DNA from: Candidatus Hecatella orcuttiae
Lineage (GTDB): Archaea; Thermoproteota; Bathyarchaeia; Hecatellales; Hecatellaceae
Assembly: GCA_002011035.2 (NCBI GenBank)
Contig: MTLY02000002.1
Location: 192,001 to 256,000, forward strand
Direction: 5' to 3'
DNA length: 64,000 nucleotides
Part shown: positions 58,707 to 64,000 of the stretch, in pieces
How positions within the stretch are numbered: position 1 is the first letter of the stretch
Layout of the letters: each line of letters starts with the position of its first letter
Notes under the pieces: generated by a model
Database searches by the model: none
The model's input: only the letters and a program-made list of their open reading frames with translations
Told to the model about the DNA's origin: nothing
Made by a program: the position numbers and the translations under genes

Positions 58707-59398
58707 GTTCACGGCCTAGAGAAAAACCTTTCTGGCTCAGGCCGCCTTGGCAGATTCTCTTCGACTTGGCGAAGCTTTACAAGGTTCGCCCATGGGATTT
58801 AAACATAGCTCGCTTGCTGTCCACCTTTCTGAATGAAATGAGGAAGACAGGGTACATCGACTTCGCTGCTTCAGGCACGGCTTTACTGTCCTCCAGCACT
58901 ATTCTCCGTCTTCAGTCGGAAACGATAATGAAGCCTGAAGAGCCTCCTGAAACCCCTGAAGCCAAGCCAATGGAGCCTATTCCTCCTGCGCTTCAGCTGC
59001 CTTTTCGATACGAGTTTACTTCAACAACTTTGGACAATCTTTTAGCGGCTTTGGAGGAAATTTTAAAAATTGAAACCGTAAGAAAAACCATTAAAGTTTC
59101 GCCGATCACTCCTCCTGTGGCTGAGTTTTTCCGAGAATATGAACAGTTTACCATTCAAGAAGATGAGCTGGAAGATTTTTATGTTCAACTTCAGCAAAAG
59201 CTCAAAGGTAAAGCCACTTTACCTTTATCCCAGTTGGTCAAGGGAAAAAACAGGCTTGAAACAGTGCGAATTTTCATGATCCTTCTGTTTCTAGCTTCCC
59301 AAGGCCGGATTGAACTTATTCAGGAAGAGGAATTTGGGGAAATTGAAATAGCCTTAAACTCGGAGCTCAGTGAAGTTGACAGAATCCTCACAACTTAA
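58703..59398 (+). CDS. scpA: Segregation/condensation protein A (kleisin)
   Basis: PWD.NI..L...FL, SG.ALL....L.L.SE, F..LLFLA..G.I.L.QEE.FGEI. Confidence 0.93.
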   Translation: MSSRPREKPFWLRPPWQILFDLAKLYKVRPWDLNIARLLSTFLNEMRKTGYIDFAASGTALLSSSTILRLQSETIMKPEEPPETPEAKPMEPIPPALQLPFRYEFTSTTLDNLLAALEEILKIETVRKTIKVSPITPPVAEFFREYEQFTIQEDELEDFYVQLQQKLKGKATLPLSQLVKGKNRLETVRIFMILLFLASQGRIELIQEEEFGEIEIALNSELSEVDRILTT

Positions 59399-60017
59399 AG
59401 AACTGGATAAACATCCAGAGAAACTCCTCCTAGAGCCCACGGGGGAGGCTGAGGAGCTTCAAGCCAAAAAAAGGTTGATAGAGGCAGCCCTTTACGTTGC
59501 CGGTTATCCCTTGGAACTTAAAACCCTCTGCTCTGTAGCTCAGATATACTCAAAGAGAAAAGTTCAGGAGCTGGCCCGCAGCCTAGCTGAAGAATACAAA
59601 GCACGGAACGGTTGCTTGGAAATTTTAGAGCTGGAAGACGGAAGATTTGTGATGCAGCTGAAAACCGAGTATGTTCCCCGGGTTAGAAGGCTTTCAATAA
59701 AGCCGCTGTTAACCGAGGGTCCCTTGAGGACCTTGTCTTACATTGCCTATAAGCAGCCTGTGCCCCAAGCTAAGGTTATCGATGTGAGGGGTCCGCAGGC
59801 CTATGAACACATCCATAGACTGCAGGAGATGGGTCTCATCGGCCGGGAAAAGTTTGGAAAGTCCCATTTGCTGAGAACAACCTCGGTCTTCTCCGACTAT
59901 TTCGGTCTGAGTAAAGAGCTGAAGTTGATGAAAAAGCAGCTGGAAGCCATGTTCACCCAAGCTGAAAAGGAGGCGACCAAACGGCGGGAAGAGAAAACCC
60001 CCGCTTCTCAAGGCTAA
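59370..60017 (+). CDS. scpB: Segregation/condensation protein B
   Basis: IEAALY..G.PL, TLSYIAYKQPV, RG......I..L...GLI, TT..F.DYFGL. Confidence 0.95.
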   Translation: MKLTESSQLKELDKHPEKLLLEPTGEAEELQAKKRLIEAALYVAGYPLELKTLCSVAQIYSKRKVQELARSLAEEYKARNGCLEILELEDGRFVMQLKTEYVPRVRRLSIKPLLTEGPLRTLSYIAYKQPVPQAKVIDVRGPQAYEHIHRLQEMGLIGREKFGKSHLLRTTSVFSDYFGLSKELKLMKKQLEAMFTQAEKEATKRREEKTPASQG

Positions 60018-60128
60018 AAATTTTTCACTACGGCTTTTTAGCTTTCAATCTGTTAAAGAAAAAAGATATTACTGCGAATAGCTAAAAAAAAAGTTGTATT
60101 TCCATTGTTCTTTCAGGCGGCGGACTTC

Positions 60129-61073
60129 ATGGTAACCGACAGCTACGGAAGGCCGATGACCAACCTGAGAATAGCAGTGACCCAGCGGTGCAACTTCAAG
60201 TGCATCTACTGCCATGAGGAGGGAGATCCTAGAAGAGGTGAAGCAGAACTGACTCCTGAAGAGATCAGGAGGATAGTTGAAACGGCCAGCGAACTGGGGG
60301 TGAAGAAAGTTAAGATAACGGGAGGAGAGCCGCTTCTCAGAAAAGACCTCTGCGAAATTGTTTCCGGAATCAGGGAGGTACATGGAATAGAGGAGGTTTC
60401 GATGTCCACCAACGGTTCCCTTCTTCTCGACTACGCCCATGCTCTCAAGGACGCAGGTCTGAAAAGGGTAAACGTTAACCTTCCCTCCATAAAGCGAGAA
60501 GTCTACCAGAAGGTCACCGGTTTCTCCCAACTGGACAAGGTTAAAAAAGGCCTTTTCGTCGCGGAGAAAGTAGGGCTGACGCCTGTTAAAATAAACATGG
60601 TAGTCCTTAGGTCGGTTAACGAAGGAGAGATATGGGATCTGGTGAACTTCATTGAGGGAAGAAACTTCGTCCTCCAGCTTATCGAGCTTGAAAGACTGGG
60701 GAATGGAGTTGCTTTTTATGAAAAATACTACGCAGATCTCCAAAGCATCCAAGAGCAACTGGAAGCCAGAGCTGCAGAGGTTACAGTTAAAAGTCTCCAC
60801 AACCGTCGAGTTTACCGGCTGAAGGGTGGCGGGGCTCAGGTGGAATTGGTTAGGCCTTTTCACAACTCAGACTTCTGCATGAACTGCACTCGCATGAGGG
60901 TAACGGCCGGTGGGGAGCTGAAACCCTGCCTGATGAGGTGTGACAACTACGTGAATATCGCTTCCCCTCTGCGGAGAGCAACTTCAAAGGAGGAGTTAAA
61001 ACGGATTTTCTTGGAGGCTGTAAAAAGACGGGAACCCTACTTTGGGGATGGAGGCTGCCGAAAAGTCTCATAG
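60129..61073 (+). CDS. moaA: GTP 3',8-cyclase
   Basis: D.YGR....LRI.VT.RCNFKC.YCH, KITGGEPLLR, FC..C.R.RVTA.G.LKPCL; ATG 60129 preferred. Confidence 0.96.
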   Translation: MVTDSYGRPMTNLRIAVTQRCNFKCIYCHEEGDPRRGEAELTPEEIRRIVETASELGVKKVKITGGEPLLRKDLCEIVSGIREVHGIEEVSMSTNGSLLLDYAHALKDAGLKRVNVNLPSIKREVYQKVTGFSQLDKVKKGLFVAEKVGLTPVKINMVVLRSVNEGEIWDLVNFIEGRNFVLQLIELERLGNGVAFYEKYYADLQSIQEQLEARAAEVTVKSLHNRRVYRLKGGGAQVELVRPFHNSDFCMNCTRMRVTAGGELKPCLMRCDNYVNIASPLRRATSKEELKRIFLEAVKRREPYFGDGGCRKVS

Positions 61074-61124
61074 AGTTCAACCTCCGCAAGCCGCAAAACT
61101 TTAATTGGGGAATGAAACCTGAAG

Positions 61125-61574
61125 ATGAAGAAAACCTCCATGGTGGATGTTACCCCTAAACCTGTGGTTTTCAGAGAGGCCTCCGCGGAAGGTCTCCTAA
61201 GGTTGAGACCGTCCACGGTGAGGAGGATCAGGAGAGGAGAGGTGGAGAAGGGAGACCCCTTGGAGGTGGCGAGGTTAGCCGGGATTCTAGCGGCGAAAAA
61301 TACCAGTCAGTTTGTGGCCTTATGTCATCCTCTTCCCCTTACCCACGTGGATGTGGCGGTGGACATCGCTGACGGTCGAACTGTCAGGGTGGTTTCCACG
61401 GTGAGAGCTGAGGCTAAGACGGGGGTGGAAATGGAAGCCTTGGTGGCAGCCGCTACGGCCCTTCTAAACGTTTGGGATATGGTTAAAAAATACGAGAAAG
61501 ACCGCGGGGGACAGTATCCCACCGCGGAGATTTTAAGTCTGCGGGTGAAAAAGAAGTTTAAGGGCGAACCTTGA
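61125..61574 (+). CDS. moaC: Cyclic pyranopterin monophosphate synthase
   Basis: MVDV..K, KGD, AAK.T......CHP, TGVEMEAL, WDMVK. Confidence 0.97.
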   Translation: MKKTSMVDVTPKPVVFREASAEGLLRLRPSTVRRIRRGEVEKGDPLEVARLAGILAAKNTSQFVALCHPLPLTHVDVAVDIADGRTVRVVSTVRAEAKTGVEMEALVAAATALLNVWDMVKKYEKDRGGQYPTAEILSLRVKKKFKGEP

Positions 61575-62101
61575 GCAAGTCTTCTGTAAGGCATAAAAAA
61601 GAGGCGCCTTCCACCCTCCGTTTTGCTGTAGTCACCATCAGCACTTCTAAATACCAGCAGCGAAAAACTGGGAAGAATGTGGAGGATGAATCTGGGAAAC
61701 TAATCGTCGACCTCCTCCAGCAGGCCGGCCATCGAGTTGTCTTTAGGGAGCTTATCCCTGACAGCCTCAGGAAAATTCGAAATATCCTCCGAAGGGCTTT
61801 AAGAAGACAGGACGTAGACGCCGTGGTCACAACGGGAGGTACAGGGGTAACTCCTAAGGACGTAACCATTGAAGCCGTAAAGGGTCTTCTGGAAAAGGAG
61901 CTTCCGGGCTTCGGGGAGCTTCTCAGAAAAATAAGCTATGAAAAAATAGGCTCCGCCGCCTTGATGACTAGGGCCGTGGCTGGGGTTTCCGGAGGGAAAG
62001 CAGTCTTCTGCCTGCCAGGGTCGCCTCACGCCGTGGAGGTGGGGGTTAAGCATCTCATAATCCCCGAGGCCCCTCATGTGGTTAAGCATGCCAAGGAGTA
62101 A
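61571..62101 (+). CDS. moaB: Molybdopterin adenylyltransferase (MoaB/MogA family)
   Basis: D.SG, TTGGTG.TP.DVT.EA, GFGE..R, RA.AG, LPGSP.AV. Confidence 0.95.
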   Translation: MSKSSVRHKKEAPSTLRFAVVTISTSKYQQRKTGKNVEDESGKLIVDLLQQAGHRVVFRELIPDSLRKIRNILRRALRRQDVDAVVTTGGTGVTPKDVTIEAVKGLLEKELPGFGELLRKISYEKIGSAALMTRAVAGVSGGKAVFCLPGSPHAVEVGVKHLIIPEAPHVVKHAKE

Positions 62102-62109
62102 CCTTACCC

Positions 62110-62913
62110 TTGCCCCGTTACGCTGTCAGACTTTACTATGAGGGAGATGGATACCACGGTTTTCAACCTCAGAGGGAAAAGAGAACCGTAGGCGGGGAAG
62201 TCATTTCAGCCCTCCTGAGGTCAGGCCTCGTAAGCAGCCGGGTCTCCGCTCACTTTCAAGCAGCCTCTCGAACCGACCGGGGGGTCAACGCCCTCAATCA
62301 AACCGTCGCCTTTCACGCTGACCAGCCTCTCAACCTTCGAAGGCTTAACGCCTTCCTCCCCTGCGACATCAGAGCCTGGGCTTGGGCGGAGGTTCCTGCT
62401 CAGTTTAACCCGAGAAAAGAGGCTGTGGAGAGGCAGTATCTATATTTGGCTCCCTACCAAGGAGAGGACATGGAAAAAATGAGAGAAGCCGCACGGATTC
62501 TCTTGCAGCATACCTCTTCCCAAGCTGAGCATAGGAAGCGTGCAGACTGGCTTACACCCTTGAAAAAGCTTAAGGTTAAGCTGTGGCGAGGTTTACTTTT
62601 GTTCGAGTTTTCTTCCAAAGGCTTTGTGAAGGGGGCGGTAAGGAAGGCGTCGGGGCTTATTCTGAAAGTCGGCAGAGGAGAAATCCGGCTGGAGGATATA
62701 GGGCCTATGCTCCAAGAGAAGGAAAGCTGTTTGAGTATACCTCCGGCCCCTCCGGAGAATCTACTACTTGCAGACATAAAATATGAGAAGATAAAGTTCA
62801 AGGTGGACGGGGGGGCTGTGAGGGAAATCATGGGAAGGCTGCGGAAAACTGTCCACCGAGGGGAGTTTGCGAGGCTCTGCCTCGCCAAGCTACCCAGAAA
62901 CGTTAATTTCTAG
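62110..62913 (+). CDS. truA: tRNA pseudouridine(38-40) synthase
   Basis: Y.G..YHGFQ.Q...TV, SRTD.GV.A..Q, LN..LP.DI, R.Y.Y, APP..L.L. Confidence 0.88.
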   Translation: MPRYAVRLYYEGDGYHGFQPQREKRTVGGEVISALLRSGLVSSRVSAHFQAASRTDRGVNALNQTVAFHADQPLNLRRLNAFLPCDIRAWAWAEVPAQFNPRKEAVERQYLYLAPYQGEDMEKMREAARILLQHTSSQAEHRKRADWLTPLKKLKVKLWRGLLLFEFSSKGFVKGAVRKASGLILKVGRGEIRLEDIGPMLQEKESCLSIPPAPPENLLLADIKYEKIKFKVDGGAVREIMGRLRKTVHRGEFARLCLAKLPRNVNF

Positions 62914-62974
62914 GCTTGCTAAGGTTATCTCTGAACCTAAGCATCTTCAGCGTAGGGCTACTGACGGGGTAAAA

Positions 62975-64000
62975 ATGGGCGAAAGGCTTCCGGAAAGCCT
63001 TCCAAAAGGGGTTGACCTATCCCAGCCCAGAAGGAAGGTGTTCGTCAAAGAGATCGTCTTAGAGAACTTCATGTCCTACGAGTACGCCAAAATACCCCTG
63101 AAAGTTGGCCTCAACGTGGTCTGCGGCCCCAACGGCGCAGGGAAGTCTTCCATCCTCCTCGCCCTCTCCGTGGCGTTGGGCCAAGCCTATACAGAGCGGT
63201 CGAAGCGGCTCAGCGACCTGATAAGGAGGGGAAAGGAAAACGCCCGAGTGACCCTTCTTTTCGACAACTCCCCCGGGAAAGATGGGAGGAGACCCATTCC
63301 CAGCAGCGACTCCGATCTCTTCAGGCTTTCCCGCTATCTTAGGAAAAACGGGGAATACTGGTTTGAAGCGGACTATCGCGGGATTTCCAAAGGAGAACTT
63401 TCTCGGCTGTTGGACTCCTTCGGCATCAACCCCGACAACATGCTCATCATCATGCACCAGAACATGGTGGAGGAGTTCAGCGTTGTCTCCCCCCAGCAGA
63501 AACTCCTCATGGTGGAGGAAGCCGTAGGCTTCCAGCCCTACCGGCAGAGGATCATGGAAGCCCAGCAAAGGCTTATGGGACTTCTCAGCGAAGAAACCTC
63601 CATCGCCAGCCTCCTAGGTAGCGCTGAGCAGACTCTAGCTTACTGGAAAGAGCAATACGACCGGTACCTCCGAAAGAAGGAGCTACTTCAGAAGAAAAGC
63701 CAGTTGGAACGGGAACTGGCTTGGGCGCAAGTGGTTAAGTTGGAGAAATCCCTAGAGGCGGTGATGGAGGAGGAAGAAAGAAAAAGACGTAGGCTCATCC
63801 GAATTCGAGAAAACGCTGAAAAGACGAAGAAAGAGGGGAAAGAGCTCCAGCATGACATCGGTAAACTTCGGTTTGAACGCAACCAAAGCCTCTTCACTCT
63901 CATAGGCTGCGAAAAGGAAAAGGCTGGAAACGAGATCTACACTAAGCTTTCAGGCGAGTTTTCAGAGAGGATGGAAAGTCTTCAAGCCATGCTGGACAGG
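62975..64000 (+). CDS. Second SMC-superfamily ATPase (Smc5/6-, coalescin- or Sph-like), 3'-truncated by window edge; not in ORF track
   Basis: Manual translation from ATG 62975: IVLENFMSY, LNVVCGPNGAGKSSI, ERSKRLSDLIRRG, GINPDNMLIIMHQNMVEEF, then coiled coil. Confidence 0.9.
   Translation, partial: MGERLPESLPKGVDLSQPRRKVFVKEIVLENFMSYEYAKIPLKVGLNVVCGPNGAGKSSILLALSVALGQAYTERSKRLSDLIRRGKENARVTLLFDNSPGKDGRRPIPSSDSDLFRLSRYLRKNGEYWFEADYRGISKGELSRLLDSFGINPDNMLIIMHQNMVEEFSVVSPQQKLLMVEEAVGFQPYRQRIMEAQQRLMGLLSEETSIASLLGSAEQTLAYWKEQYDRYLRKKELLQKKSQLERELAWAQVVKLEKSLEAVMEEEERKRRRLIRIRENAEKTKKEGKELQHDIGKLRFERNQSLFTLIGCEKEKAGNEIYTKLSGEFSERMESLQAMLDR

Noticed and set aside
60069-60863. Long antisense ORFs (also 44514-45206, 27177-27842, 50864-51385, 63059-63568)
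   Set aside because: Each lies opposite a well-supported conserved gene and shows no recognisable motifs
62931-62958. TPP-riboswitch-like words GAACCT...GCGTAGGG before the second SMC gene
   Set aside because: Lacks the CUGAGA element and the P5 stem-loop, the intergenic space is too short, and the downstream gene is unrelated to thiamine

Overview
Gene-dense archaeal chromosomal window. The gene set (Alba, Topo VI, aIF-1A/aIF-2beta, RIO1, short L15e, SMC-ScpAB, GatCAB, pyrrolysine-free MtmB homolog, many TTG/GTG starts) suggests a TACK-type archaeon, most plausibly Bathyarchaeia; this assignment is inference. Most of it is housekeeping: translation, replication and repair, riboflavin, preQ0 and Moco synthesis, PPDK, and K+, tungstate and Cu transport. 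I saw no rRNA, tRNA, CRISPR array or transposase. The best candidate for an undescribed system is a putative isoprenoid/terpenoid-modification locus at 12.1-17.9 kb: a divergent cis-prenyltransferase-fold protein resembling mycobacterial Rv3378c, a class I isoprenoid-synthase-fold protein, two Zn-dependent dehydrogenases behind a palindromic operator, and a divergently transcribed B12-radical SAM enzyme. Other highlights: a structured riboswitch-like leader before queT-queC; two conserved genes that appear to need non-canonical start codons (ACG for top6B, CTG for rdgB); an MtmB with Gln at the pyrrolysine position; a methanogen-type SerRS; a KaiC-like ATPase paired with an orphan AEP primase-like gene; and a second, Smc5/6-like SMC ATPase at the right edge. 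All family calls come from motif recognition by eye, not database searches.
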